Shown: positions 1 through 14,400, counted from the first letter of the stretch. The stretch: DNA of 64,000 bases from Lingula anatina (GCA_051362555.1 CM120647.1:10888651-10952650), one strand, 5' to 3'. Notes: generated by a model from the sequence alone, not told the origin. Numbers and translations are program-made.

Positions 1-695
1 TCTACAAAGCATATGTGGTGCTTTTGCTATATAGAATAGCACTAAAATGGAGCTTGCTTTTCCGTTTTTTTTTTTTTGTTTTTTTGTTTTTTTTTCTTGC
101 AACCACTCAATCAGATTTTTCTCACTTTAAGAATTTATGACGGAAAATACACTATGTGTTAAATCAACAATTTTCCCCCTTAAAAAGATCAAGTCATTAC
201 TGTAATCCATAGAGCAAATATACCTGGCAAATACCAGTGAATAAACAATGAATGTAATAAAAGTAAACGCTCATTTTACAATGTGCTAAACACCATATTC
301 ACCGCAACGTGATAATCGTTGTTATGGTTCTTAGAAATGTCAGATGAGTTTTCACATCCTGTCGTGTAACATCAGGTGTGAAAGGAGCTAATTTTAGCCA
401 TAATCCCACAGAAAAAGCAGAGCTCCGTAACTCGAAAGCATCGCGAATAGCGATATCACCTTTAATTTCGAGGCTCTCATATGGGGCGAGTATGGGTGAG
501 TTCTGGAATCGAGACGCTTGCGCTCAGTCGCAATTTGCGTTGCTTTTGAGTTACGGGGCCCAGGACTGTTGTTTCAGAAAACTAGAAAAACACTAAGTTC
601 AAACCACTTCCCAGGCAGCTCAGTTTCCATTATTTTTATTTTTAGTTATTATGGACTAATTAATCAAACAAACTAATTAAACAAAAAAATCATCG

Positions 696-767
696 TTCCG
701 ATACCGGGAATCGAACCCGGGCCGCCTGGATGAAAGCCAGGAATCCTAACCACTAGACCATATCGGA
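696..767 (-). tRNA. tRNA-Glu (anticodon TTC)
   Basis: Reverse complement TCCGATATGGTCTAGTGGTTAGGATTCCTGGCTTTCATCCAGGCGGCCCGGGTTCGATTCCCGGTATCGGAA, 72 nt. It has a paired acceptor stem, A box, GTTCGATTC T-loop and CCTGG/CCAGG anticodon stem around CT-TTC-AT. A T7 Pol III terminator follows on the minus strand (683-689). Confidence 0.96.
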
Positions 768-1499
768 GCTCGTATTCTAAGGGGTTTTGTACCACATAAT
801 AAAACTGAGGGTCTGTTCGTTACGGAAGCAAATACACACAGCAGTTAGGGAAGCAAATACGCACAACTGCTGGCATATAATTTTCTTCAAAACTGCAGAG
901 AGTGGAAATTTAATTGCAATCCCTATAGAGAAGTTTTCTATTATTTCAAAAGTACGTGATCACTAGCCTCTGATATCACAGGGTCTATAGAAAAGTTTAC
1001 AAAATCGAAGGAGAGATACCATAATTTGTGATTGACTACAAGCGAGACCTTTGACTCACAGAGTACGTGACCAGTAGGCCTACAGCGCAGCGATTTGGTC
1101 AACAGCGGCTGGGAGTTTCAAGCAAACGCCTCTCTCCTTAATTTAGTTTAAGAATGGACCTTTGTTAAAAAAAAGAGAAAGAGAGAAAACATATAAGAAG
1201 GAAAGAGACAGAAAAAACGCCCCAAGGACCATCTGAACTGACCCAGCAATGGAACTGAATTTTGACATTTAAATCCAACTGAATCATTATATATTTGTAT
1301 CGAACAATGTAGGCTACTGAGTATCATCGACAGCTTCCATCTGGTGACAGTAATATGTTTCCTAAAAAATTATGACATATCTTATTTCAAAAACATAACT
1401 GTTGAGACAAAAAGAACAACGAACTCGAGACAATTGTTCAACGCGTCTTTGTTGAAGAACGCCTGGTCGATATCAAGGGCCACTTTGTTGTATAAATAT

Positions 1500-2690
1500 C
1501 TTTATTGATACTCCGGTTTTTTATCATAATTCTATGTAATCATCTATTTCTGTAAAGGTAATTCTAATAAAGAAATATCAGTGACGCCACAAGTATTTTG
1601 GAGACAATGATCTAAAGTTTTCTCTATTCAACAACAAAATCAATTTAATGGTATCATAGGATGTTACCATGGCAACCAAAGGAGTGCTTATCAAAGCTAT
1701 ATCACAGATAAGTTTAGCAATTAGCGCATTACACTTTTTACCCATAAATCATTACCTTAGTGCTTCTCCATTGTTTAATCAATATGTAAAGGAAACAGCT
1801 GACAAAACTTATAAAACAAATAAGTTATGCTTTGATGTAGTTTCAATGGCTCTTATTTTAAGGCAAAAAACCCAAAGCCTTTCTTACAGGAACAATCGTT
1901 ACAAATATTAAATAAACGCCTTCCAGAGATAGGCATACAGATTCCATAACGGAATACTTCTACGCAGAAATACAATTTCACATCTTTCATAAGAACTGTT
2001 CGAATAATTTATTATAACAAACATTGAGCAATTAGTAAAAGCGAGTATGCCTTTTCGCAACGATAAAACACTGTGTACATTTTTGTGTAAAGATGAGACA
2101 TTGTCCATAACATAATTTTGGCTCCGTTGAGAACACGCCTCCTCCCAGGGCTAAGTAGAATGTAGAAAAGCTGGTAATTATTTAATACCTTGGAAACAAG
2201 TAGGCATGTTAGTCTGTTAATCTGTTTGCATTCAGCAAGAACCCCACATAGAGTTTGTGCGCAGTAGCTTATGCAACTTAACTCATTCTGAACGCCCCCA
2301 AGTGATTTAAGTCCCAGGAGACACTTAATGTAAGTGTTTTTTGTACTGATTGAACTAGCCGTGTACAGAGAATGTATCATTGTCACAGTAATGCACAACA
2401 AGACAGATGAAGCTCTCAGCATGAATAGTGTTTTCTGTATGTTCCCGGTGCTGCATCATTTATCATCTTGTTTATTATGAAAAAAATCCCTCATCTGTAA
2501 CAGCTCAATACTCTTTGTCATTCATCTTAAGGACTGGCGACGTGAAAACTATACATCTTTCATTACCATCCAGTACCATTGCCAGTGTAATAAATGGCAT
2601 ATTCATTCCATAATCATATCCTTTCAGTCTGATGTTTACCGCACATCCAGGTAGAATTATTATTTCCATGGCATTTCCAGTGTAAAAAAA
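1500..2690 (-). mobile_element. Possible highly decayed non-LTR retrotransposon fragment
   Basis: Broken minus-strand ORF pieces (1908-2422) and an EKTLDHCLQNTC segment near 1590-1625 resembling the C-terminal zinc knuckle of LINE ORF2. No RT core motif seen. Confidence 0.25.
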
Positions 2691-2968
2691 AAATATTGGT
2701 CTTTCTGTGACGTCACTTAATTAAGTCCCGGAAAGCCGTATCTGTAAAATGGACAACCGTTCTGCGGCATGTACAAATCCGTACCATGGCACAATAGCAC
2801 GCTGTGTCGTGGCGAAGAAACCAAGCCCCGCCCCTATCATTATGGCAACATGTCAAGTCACGAGCTGTGACCAGTTTTATCATGGCCAATCGGTATGTTG
2901 TATCATGGAACCATCGCATGACGTCAGGCCTTTGCCTCCCTGCTGTGTCTGCGCATGCGTTCAGTGTC

Positions 2969-5397
2969 TCATAGTTCGTACTCGTTGGCAATGCTTTCCA
3001 TGAGTTCCTCTTCCGTGACGTCATATTTGAGAATTCTGAAACAAAACAAACAAATTATGATTATCAGTTAAAAATGCCTTGTCATCGTTTTAAAACAGCA
3101 ATTTTACAGTAACCTTACGATAATAATATTAATTAAATATAATAGGTTAATTGTCTTCATGTCATAAAAAAGGTATCGGGAACTCAATTTCAACAAGCGT
3201 CTCCTCGACAATAGACCATATTTTTTACTGTGCTGTCAATGTTTATAGCAGTTGATATTAATACTCCACGTCTGCCATCCGTTCCCTTTAATTAATTGCC
3301 GTAAGACAGTAGACGTCTCCTCATGATTGCAATCGATAATAATTAATCGAATTAATCTGCAACTAGAAGTTTTGTTCTTGGCGACACAGTCGATAACTTG
3401 CATAATAGAGCGCGTTTTCGGGACAGCCTTTGTATTAGTAACGTGCCCCTATGTTTAGGTATATTTAAGCGAACCATGCTTTTTAAAAAGAAGGAAATCA
3501 AAGTTGAAAAACTTATAAATAAAAGAATCACGCTCTGGAAAAACAAATAAGACTAGATCTAGATTTCATGGGCGATATCAGTCATTAAAAAGGAACGTTG
3601 CATGCAAACATCTATGCTAATTTAAAGACTTTTTTGGGAAGGCAATTTGGCGTGTACTTCACATCGAAGGAAGCGAAGTTAAAGGGATAACAACTGTTCA
3701 TTTTGGCCAAAAAATGAATTTTCTTGGGGTAAAGGACAAATTGGAAATCTGAGGCTCAGGATAGGAAACAATGGAAAAAGCATGCTGAGGCCTTTGTCCA
3801 ACAGTGGAACACTATAGGCTCTAAATGATGATGATGATGATGAAAGGACAAATTTTCCATAATTACCAATTGTAAATGAATCCATTCCTACATTCAAAAT
3901 TATTCCCTTTTTTTTTTTCTAAAAAGTTTTTTTTTCTATAATAGATTATTACATAGTGTAGCCATCTATGGAAGTCACGTGATGTGATGGGAAGCACAAA
4001 TTCCAAAGTAATATTGTTAAGCGCCGTTTTGGGGGTAAAATACAATTTATTGTATTTCTATGAGTTATTTACAATGTATTTATAGTGAAATATGGATATC
4101 TTACAAACCGCTGCAATCCCTTTCAAATCAGTTACCTCTACCTATTGGCACCTGCCAATAGCTTATCTTAGTAACATATAAAAATTGAGGTTAACAAGGA
4201 TGGGTAAGGAATTCATAGACTATATTTATAATTTAAAGTTGGATTGTACACGCACTTGAAGAGAGTGATAAAAGTAACCAAATCACATTATGGCATTTTC
4301 CACTAAAACATAAATGAAGAATACAATGATTAAAACATCAAATCAATCAACTTTTTATAAAAGGTTCAATGCAACTAAGTTTAGTCATTAAAACTTTTAA
4401 GCTCCCCTGAGATAGAAGTCTTTGCAGATCTAATAGGTTTGAGTTTTGGGAAATAAAAATTCTGAGTGTGCGTTAGGATATGTGAGTGTTCTTTCTCTTT
4501 TTGGCAATAAACCTGGCATTGCCGGTGTGACGTCATACTGACATTTCTGCATGACGTGTCAGATTTGTTTAAATTTGTGTTGTTCTGGGTGCTAACATAG
4601 CGACCTATAGTGCCAACAGTGGGGATCGATCCCTTCTAATGGAATATTGAGATAACTCTGGTGTTCACTGGAGCAGAGCGAAACTACATTAATAAATCTG
4701 GACTCTTACGTCACCGCGTAGACTCTGTTGGGAAATCAAAGCGTTTTTCGTACATGACGGCGTCAGAACAGTGGGACCAGTAAAGTGTGATTCGATATGC
4801 AAAGAAGTGTTCGATGTGTTTTGTAGCAATCTTACTGTTAATTTATTTAATTCATTTTCACAGATACATCAGCCGACAGGCAAACTACTGAAACTGAAGT
4901 GGGTGATATCCAGGCATAGCGAATTCGACGCCTGGTGATTATATTATAACCAAAATGGCGCTGGTGTGACAGGAATGGTAGTGCACTAAGAACCCCTTTA
5001 CTAAGTTCCCTTTACTTTGTACAGGTGATATTTGTCCCATATAGGCCTACTAACCCCGATACTCCCTCACCTGAGCAAAGTATATGGGATCCCTGACTTT
5101 CATTTCTAGGACTACTATTTCTGGTACACCAGTCCTTGTGGCACATCCCACTATATGGTCGAGCGTGCCGTGAGACGTTTAATGGCATCGTGCAATTCCC
5201 ATAATTCTTAGATGAATTAATAACGATGTTTACATGTACTTACTTGGAAGATTTTGTGGACATGTTCAATGGATCCGTTTCTGGTTGCACATCTGTCTCT
5301 TCTGAAACAGAATAAAACATGACGTTTTACATTGTATATTTGACCGTTCGAACAGTGATCGTGTTACAAGATCCCCCAGCAAGTGTGTGTGTGTGTA

Positions 5398-5447
<50 letters not shown>

Positions 5448-6835
5448 GACGACGGCAATTAATGTTCCAACATTATTAAAATAGAATAAAGAAACATTAG
5501 ACATCGATATTGCAAATTGGAATAAGATTGAAATATCAATAAATTCAGCTGTAATGATTTTCATTTAGACAGAAAAAATATAAAGACTAAATTCCGTTAT
5601 GCATATCTTTCGAGCAAGGCTGTATTACAACTGTCAGTCCTGGTATAGACGTTGCATTGATTACAGAAAGTTTAACGTCGATTTCAGCGGGATCGCTTTA
5701 CAGAAAACTGATTATCCAATTACAGAGGTCGCCTTGATACAATTCACAGGGCAACTGATCGACCGATCAAGAGTAGTAGACAAAAAACACATTAATTTTG
5801 TCAACTGAGATTGGGTCATTCCGAAATAGTTCTATTCAGTACTAACCCTATGTATGAACCCAAGTCTCTTGAGGGAAATAAGCGTTTGACATACGTCAAA
5901 GGCCTACATAACGACACCAATGTGAGTGCAACGAGAGCACGTGCCCTTAACTTAATGAAAGGCACACCGTGACATAACATCAATATCAGAGACTTCACAT
6001 CGATAAGACAGTCTCGATTACGTATTGACGACTGAGATGGTGAGAGATCTTTCCTCACAGACGAGGACATTTCTATGAGGAACGCCAACAGATACTGTGA
6101 TTTAGCGGGTTTAAACTTGTCAGTAGAGTGGTGTGGGATGATGTGAAGTGGGTAGAGGTGAGGGGGTCCTAGGTGGGTCCTAGTAGTCCTAGGTGGGGTG
6201 GAGTGGAGTGGGGTGGGTGGGGTCGAGGGGAGTATATTAGGGTGGCGTGGGGAGGGGTGGGGTGAAGTGGAGTGGAGGGGAGGGGAGTGACGTGGGGGGA
6301 GAGGAGAGGGGGGTAGAGTAGGGTTAGGAGGGTTGTAGGGAAGTGGGTGGAATAGCGTGGATAGGACTGAGGAGGGTTGAGTAAAGTGGGGTGGGATTGA
6401 GTGGAGTGATATGGGGTGGGTGGTAGTAGAGTAGATTGGTAAGGGGTGGATAAAGGGGAGTGGGGTTGAGACGGGTCTAATGATGTGGGGTGGTGGGGTG
6501 GGGTTGAGCGGTGCCCTCCGTGGCCTGTCATTCCTAAAAAACGGACCCCCCTTTCTACCCTGTGGTCAACTTACCGTGTGACGGTTCAGTGGCCACTGCT
6601 TCGTCCTCCTTGTTGTCAGTCACCTCCTGGAAATAAGTGAATCACAGACTGAACCTCTGTTTTACAATGCAGATGAACCGTTCAAGCAAACTGCCTGTTC
6701 CAAAATGGTGTCTAAAAAGCTTTTATTTAACTACTGCATATTTTTAATAGTAAACAGTATTTTAATTGACGTCTGTTATCTTTTTTTCTTTGTCCGACTC
6801 GCTCGTTTTGTTTTGAAATGGAAATATGATTTCTT

Positions 6836-6877
<42 letters not shown>

Positions 6878-9800
6878 GGCTGAATAGACCATTATTATTA
6901 TCATTATTATTATTATTATTACTATTTTTATTATTATTATCGTGATGATGATGATGATGATGATGATGTAAACCATTGGTGTTCTAGCGATAAAGGTCAA
7001 ATAACATCTTTGCAATTCTGGTCCAAATATTATGTCCGCACACTATTACTTGTCTAATACCCAGTTCAAAAAAAAAAAAAAAAAAAAAAAAAAAACTTTC
7101 GCATGTTGCGTGAAACACTTTTGTGTAATTTCTATAATATTCCGTTACCATGTCTACTGATCAAGTCACTCGCGGCTTACTAATAAGAAGCAAATATTGA
7201 TATAAATGTCTTACCATTGTCGTCTTATTCACTGCTTTGAATTTGTTGGGATCAAAGCCATCTGTTTCTCTCTGAAATATAAAAGGAAAAAGGTGAGTCA
7301 GTGCACCAAAAGTGTTGTATTATTTATAAATAACCGAATAAAAGGATCAACTGTAACCAAAGAACTGACTAATGTTATTTCGGGAAACAGGTACTGTTAA
7401 GAGTCACTTAAAGGTGAAGTACGTTATACATCTTTAATATACTTCGGCTGATGCATTTACAAATACATCACCAGTTTCTTTTAAGAGGGATGACGAAAGG
7501 AACTTCATTAATTATTACTTTAAATGGCAATTGGAAAAATAGCTAAATTGTCTGAGAGTGTTTAATTATTTTATCGACACCTGGATTCTTTACATTGACT
7601 ACGGGTGGAGTGATCCGAAATTAAGATATTTAGGACAATGAACGGTGGAAAAATGTGGAGTTCACAGCGCTCCTCAAGGGGAAGCTTCAAAATGTACCAA
7701 AACAATTTTTCTCATCTTAAAAAAAGTAAGCTGCAAAATTTAGAAACTCGTGAATTTTCAAGATTCCCCAAAGTAACGGGACGCCACCATACCTGCCCAC
7801 GTCAACATGGCGTACAATTAACAGGAAAACAGCCAGGATCCCTTGGGCAACGAACTAATCTACGTTTGGCTTCTACAGCCGACGTGTTTTGAATGGGTTT
7901 CAGTCTCATCATGGGAGATAAAACATCTATCGAACACGCGGACCGAGTTATTGAACAAGCGCTGCTGAAACAGAAATCCTTACAACGGCCGGCATGAATA
8001 AAACATTGTGCTGTGTAATAACGTTGAGAAGTACTCGGCCTCCAAATTCAATACTGTTAATGACATAATGCTTTAATGAGAAATATCTTGGTTTATTTTA
8101 GGACACAGACAACATACATTAGTGGATGTTATGGTGCCAAGGGTGGAAAGCCGAGTGAGTAATCGGCCAGGGAAATTCTGTCGGGGAGGAGGGGAGGGGG
8201 GAGGGGGTATTGAGCCCAGGTCGCCTTTCATTCATCTACCCAGGATCTTGTTGTCTATCCAGCCAAGTGTTCTCATAAACTGTATTTCTGACATAAGAGA
8301 AGTTATTGCCATATTTTAAAGCACTGCATGTTTATTGTATGGTCTCATAGTGGTTATCAATTCCTAGTTTTCACTCAGGCAACACAGTTTGGCTTGAGGA
8401 GAAAAGAAGATTAACATTATTATTATTACTAAAATACCAAGAAGGAACCGCTTGACTAGAACTGTGCAGAAACAGCACGAGGAATTGTTCCATTGTTCCT
8501 AGCACCCATCTTCACAGAAAGATTCCCGGATGTGCATTTTTACAGTGACGGATCTGTCATGATTCTGCAGAGAGAACATCTAATTTTGGAGAAACTGGGA
8601 ATTTTTCACTCTAATTCTTGATGGGTGCCACTAGTCACGGTCGCTGCTCCCTTCGAATGGTCTAAGACCACTATTGTTCAATAAGTCAACTTCCATCATC
8701 AGTTATAATAACAAACTGCCCAGGCCACACAAACTGTGTACACGACATCTTACACCTCACTTTAGTGGCATTGCCTTTCTATCCAGTGGCTAGTATTACA
8801 TGTATCTAAATATTCCGGCCCAATATATTCTGCTTTGTGGACTGAATCAATAGAATTTTGGACGAACAATTTCCGCCACACTATATGGCCAAACTGTGTA
8901 TACATTACAGGTGCCGGTGTAGAGTTTCACTAACAAGGATTTGTCAACACATTTAGCCTTACTCAGATCATCAATGGGAAACGGCGTTAGCCATTTAGCT
9001 TTCTCTGTATGGACATCAAAGTTATGGAAGTATATCGAAAGATAATGTTTCAGTTACACATTTTCGCTAATCACTGGTGTCAATTTTCTTATTGTGAACT
9101 GTTTTAGCTGGTAAACTCAATCTCTTTACTTACTTTCCACAAAACGTAACACAGGCATGACCAATATAAATATCTCTTCACTAACTTAAGTTTATTAACT
9201 TCATAATTCATAACCTGGTCACTCTTTATATTTCTCCCTTTGCCTGTTAAAACCTGGATTATTCTTTAGATTATAGGAATCGTAACACAGGCTTGACCTT
9301 CATAAATATCACTTCACGAACTCGAGTTTATTAACTTCATAATTCATAACCTGGTCACTCTTTATATTTCTCTGTTTACCTGTAAAAGTAGCGGGATAGA
9401 AGCATTGCGTAGCCATGCATGGCGCGTGTCGGGTTACCTATTTTTTAGGGCGCACTTGTTACAAGAAGGGTTCAGGAGGTTATCCGTTTAACATCAACTC
9501 GCGGTATTCACGTAATACACCTGTTCACTTCTAACTGTTTGAAAAGATTAAATAGAGACGTTGATAGCTTGTATTTTGTGCACGGTATTTTCAAAAAGTA
9601 GAATTAAAATGGGTCTTGCCGTGAAACTCGCCGTGATTAACGATTTGTTTGTGCCGGCAATTGTAGCAACTGTCGCGTTCGTTTTTATCTAGGCTCCATT
9701 GAAATATATAGGGGTCGTAGTTTAACTTGGCACCCACCAAAGGAAAAAACGGGGCATCCACCAAAGAAAAAAGAAAAAAAATCGGGGATGGGGTGTGGGC

Positions 9801-10594
9801 GGGATTGGGGTTGGAGCTGGTGAAAGGGGGGGGGGGGGATTCCAGCAGTCTCGGGGATATCTTTGTATGAGATACACCTATTCGTACTCTTGGTGGCTCC
9901 CGAACTTTACATAATCCCTACATTGTGTCCAATCTCTCTCTCGCTCTCTCTCTCTCTCATATATGGGAGGGGATTACTATAAACACCCTATCCCCCACTC
10001 CCCTTGAGTGCCCCCCCCCCCCCAATCCTGACCGCACTCAAACTGCCACTTTTACTCCCACTGGGCAAACCACCGACAAACTGGTCATACCGGAGAAGTA
10101 TCGATATTCCATTCCTCTGGGTTCCGAACCAACACCGTCTTTTCTCGTCCCAGAGCGAACGCCACGGTGTCGTGTTGCTGCTGTTTCCTCAGTCTATCGG
10201 CGTATTTCTCTGGGTACTCCTCCGTCTCGGAGGAGTGAAACTCGTTCAGAATCAGATCCTCCTGTTCTTGCTGGCTTAACGCCGTGTGCTCGTGTCTCAA
10301 TAATCCATCTGATGTGTCTCTACTGATCCCGCTATCTAGCGTCGACCTACTGCCCCTCTTAGGGGGCATTTTGTCGTAGTCTCTAGAAATTGTTCTGTCC
10401 AGTTCCTCCTTTAAACTGCCCACCTCGTCCTCTTCACGGACGCGCCTGTCCTCGTGGTTGATTTGATTTTCGGTCCTCTCCACTCTCCTCTGCTCCTTGA
10501 GGTTCTGCTGATTTTGGTTCACGTCTTTCATGTTGTTTTGGGGTACTTGTTTCTTGGCGCTACTCTGCCTCGACGTACTAGAGCCAGAACCCAT
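2969..10594 (-). CDS. Cystin-1-like N-myristoylated protein, 4 exons, about 226 aa
   Basis: Exons 10594-10091 (MGSGSSTSRQ...DTSP, donor GTATGA, phase 0), 6626-6575 (EVTDNKEDEAVATEPSH), 5301-5244 (EETDVQPETDPLNMSTKSS) and 3035-2969 (KILKYDVTEEELMESIANEYEL*). All introns are GT-AG and in phase (681 nt). The MGSGSS start and YDxxEEELMxSIxxEY end match my recollection of vertebrate cystin-1 termini. Confidence 0.75.
4965..5095. repeat. Dispersed repeat fragment, second copy near 42130-42265
   Basis: Shared core ttccctttactttgtacaggtgat plus similar flanks (aatggtagt, atatggga) at both positions. Confidence 0.7.
5383..5443. repeat. (GT)n(GA)n compound microsatellite
   Basis: Direct reading. Confidence 0.95.
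6125..6510. repeat. G-rich degenerate pentamer tract (GGGGT/GGAGT-like)
   Basis: Direct reading; lies in intron 2 of the cystin-like gene. Confidence 0.85.
6839..6968. repeat. (CA)n, (ATT)n and (GAT)n microsatellites
   Basis: Direct reading. Confidence 0.9.
9145..9387. repeat. Tandem duplication, period about 136 bp
   Basis: cgtaacacaggc...agtttattaacttcataattcataacctggtcactctttatatttctc occurs at about 9145 and again at about 9281. Confidence 0.85.
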
Positions 10595-13030
10595 ATCTCT
10601 GTAGATTCTAGATCCCTCTTGGTTATTTTTCGTATCCTTATTGTCTCTACTGGCTACAGTTAATGTCAGTTAGTATCCTCTTCCACAATGATCACTGTTA
10701 TAACGGTGTCCTCTCAGGGAAGAAATAGCCGTGTTCCTTACGGCGTCGCCATAGTGGTTAGATCCACACTGTTTTCGGTCTTCTTTCACAACTGATTCTA
10801 AGTTTTAGATCACCTCATTAATACATATGTCACCTGTAGCTACCTGAACGCAGGGTGTGGACGTTGGGTGCAGGATCTAACTGTCTTCTGGCGCTCACCT
10901 GGGGCCCATTTGATTGATCTGGTTCGTGCCTCGTACTGACACAAGTCACCGTTAATCTGCGTCAATGTCCACGGTGACACTACCCCCTCCACGTCATTCG
11001 GCGTCTGTCAGTCTTTTCAGGGTGTTTCCAGTTTAGCTACGACTTTCCTTAGGTATACATGTATCAGCACAAAGTGGAAAGTAATAAGTGTATCGTGCTT
11101 TTTCTCTGCCACCTACGTTATTCAGTGACACTGCACTGTGGAGTGTTGCCTCGGGACCAGCTGAATGGCAATCGATTCACGGATTGTGTGTTTAATCACC
11201 ACTACTTAATCCACGGGTTCACAAAGGGGGGCACCGCGTCGTAATTATGTAAACATTACGCGTTTGTTTCTTTTCATTTCCACGGCCACGCTCCAGCAGG
11301 GAAACACGGCCAAATGTATTGTGGCTATCGGTCAGTCCAGTGAACGATGTAGCTAGGATATTGACCTGCTAAATCTGTTTGTTAATTTGGCATCTTCTTG
11401 ATTTTTGCTCATAGGCGGGGAGAGAGCTAGAGCACTATGTAAACTACAAATGATGTTTATTTCGCTTTACACAATGCATTAAGCACTCGCCAAACAATAA
11501 GCCATACGCCTTCAGTTCATAGACGTTATTGAACGTCTTCCAGTGAACTGAGTACGTTGATTTATTGCTTGTGCGCAGTTAAAAAGTCTTTAATGTGTAT
11601 TCTGCTTTCTAAGCACCCTGTAGAGCCGCTCCCCCTCAATCCATCCACCCCGGGGACACGAGCGTGAATGAATGCTGTCTCTTTAACTAATCGATCACGT
11701 CAACGTTTACATTGGGAGCCCCGATTTCCACGGGTATCGACATGGGATCAAAGGCGAGATTGTTGGCATGTCGTTGCCAGAGGCAGCTATGTAATCAAAT
11801 GAAAAGAAACGCTCCACGGTCTTTGAGTGAGACATTAAATACGGTGACATTAAATACAATCGATCCACAAATAGAACCAGTTGCGGTGGTCATAATAAAC
11901 CCAGTCAACAAAAAACAGTGTGGTTTTCAGATGTGGTGTGTTTCTGTGATGATAAGAATGTAATCAAAACGATCGGCAAACATTAAGCCGTGTATGGTTA
12001 CCTGAGTTGTGTAGCAACAGTTTTCATGGAATTAAGCGGTCTTCTACGTTTTTGCACTAACTTAATTGAACTTTAACGCTGAAGTGAAAATCAGCGGCAG
12101 TAATTAATATAAGTGATAATTTTTATTGAGAATCCCCTATAATTATTGACGGAGAACGTTCGCACATTGCAAAATTGGTAAAAATACCTCTCTTTGGAAG
12201 AGTGCAAAAATTAGTGTGGTATTGTTAACTGGGTATGAAGACAAGTTGGCTGCTTTATGCCATGCAATTAATTGAATTCAGGCCCAGAGCATTTTTAGGT
12301 ACCCAAAAGGAAGACCTGGAGCTGCAGAAACGCCAAATTGGACCCCTTTAATTCCACTGGGCTCTGTATTAAGCCAAGTGTAAACACGCCGCGGGGATTT
12401 GTTGTTAAAGTCAACTAGATACAGAAACATTAACATGGCGTTGCTGTTTAGATTGTGACCATGCATTTTTCGAGCAATTCTTTTTTATTTTTTTTCCATT
12501 GGAGTATTTAAAATTTAATTTGAACACACATTTCACAATAAAGAACGCAAGTTTACAACAGCTGTACCAGTACAAACAGAGGTGCTTGAAATGTTACACC
12601 TGTGCATACCTGGCAAAAACCATTTCTAACTTTTTGCGACTTTACACTGAATTAAGAAACGTCTATGATATACATTCACCCAAACATATGTTATTCCAGT
12701 GATTTATAAAATATGATAATAATTACTCGTATTATCATTATTAATATATCTGGAAAACCGAAAAACGGTTGGATGGATACATAGAGATAAAAGGACATTC
12801 AGATAAAATTACTGAATAATAAAGATAAAAACATTGCTAAATATTAAAACCACTATAAATTTCGACTTCATAACATAAAACAGATTAAACAAATTAAAGT
12901 TCGATTTATTCCCCTGCTTAGTTACTATTCATAATGTTTCTGCAGAAGACTGCGATAGCGAAGCACAACACATCCATTTTATACTAGACCACTTACTTTG
13001 TATGTGTGAACGACAGAATGACTGCAGTCA

Positions 13031-13031
<1 letters not shown>

Positions 13032-13107
<76 letters not shown>
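13032..13107. repeat. (CT)n(CA)n compound microsatellite
   Basis: Direct reading. Confidence 0.95.
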
Positions 13108-13109
<2 letters not shown>

Positions 13110-13298
13110 GCATGATATCTTTATGCAATCGAATGTGATTTCTGAGGATGGTGTTGTCACCATGCATCTTTCTGGAAAACTGCTCTTTGTGAAACTGCGC
13201 TGGGAATAAACAGGTTAATTCTGCACGAGGCTGTCTGTGTTGTCTCGTAGGCTATCGGAACGAGTCGAATGTTGAAGTGTGGAAGACGGCCCAATTTT

Positions 13299-13577
13299 CA
13301 GTGGCGGTTTTAAGGGGGGGGGTCAGGGGGGTCCTGACCCTCCCTTCGATTTTTGAAAAAAAAATCACACCAATGTTACCCTCCTGAAATAAAATTTTGA
13401 CCAGCTAAATCATAGTTCTAAACCGTACTAAATGGCACCGTTCGCCCTCTAAAATACCAAAAAAATTCGGGACCTTTAGCGGGCCCCGAACCCCACGCCG
13501 AGAGGGTGGGGGTGGGGGGTGGAGAGTCGACTTCGCATCCCCGAAACCCCCTTCAAATAATCCTGGCTCCGCCCCTG
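13299..13577. mobile_element. Diverged MITE-like element with CAG...CTG termini
   Basis: Begins cagtggcgg...aagggggggg and ends ...cctggctccgcccctg (imperfect TIR). No clean TSD. Confidence 0.55.
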
Positions 13578-14400
13578 TTATTTACATGTTAAATAGATGG
13601 ATCAAAGTAGCGAGAGAGTTTTCATATATTTTAATATTGCCAGTGTAATCTGTGTTGCTACATCTCAGCTGTTACATTCAATATATGTGTTTCTGTTAAT
13701 GTGGCATCCACTGCAAGCTGTGTCACCAAGGTCGTGTTAGGTCTACCGGAGGTGACAGAGGTGCCTGTTTGCACACCGTGTAATTATGTTTGGTGGGGCA
13801 ATAATACATTTCTAAAAATACCTCGACCTTATGTTTTTTTTTCCTAAAAGGAATCAATATTTGAGAAAAGATTTTAAAATCATTGGACAGGATGCGCAAA
13901 ATATACTCGTATCTCATTGCAAGAAGAAACTTCAACCCTCAAATCTGTTATATCTCCCTTATATTCCAAGCTTCTTCGAGGAATTCCCTTTCTCAATCTT
14001 TAGGTCGGTATATTGGCTAATGTAAAACTCCAAAGTTAGTGTTCAACTCCAAAGCATGCCATGACATTCTACCAGTACAGACAAGCAACCACGCCCCGCG
14101 TCTTAGGAAACAGCTGCGACTGAGAAATCGCATACTTGTAGACCGTAATATGAACGTTTTAGCCGTTGGTGAATTAACGACAGGCTATTTTGTGATGCAT
14201 CAAAGATTCGTAGTTATAAAATTCCCCCAAAATCGTTATCTCCTGTTCTTCTTTAAAAAAATGTATAAATTACGTGCTTTAAACAAGCCATTTCAGAGAG
14301 AGACGACGTTGGTGATATGACCTGCGCGAATATTGTGAACAGTACGGTAATTACTAATTATGAGAGCACACCTGTGTTCTATAACGAGTGTGGGCAGCGC

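Noticed and set aside
6169-6531. Pro/His-rich 120-aa ORF
   Set aside because: Product of the G-rich low-complexity tract; not required by the spliced gene model.
7788-7915. Extra minus-strand exon of the cystin-like gene (donor CAG|GTATGG)
   Set aside because: The frame needed to join the next exon contains a TGA just before the donor; at most a non-coding alternative first exon.
8520-8570. VHFYSDGS resembling an RNase H motif
   Set aside because: Isolated short match with no supporting downstream motifs.
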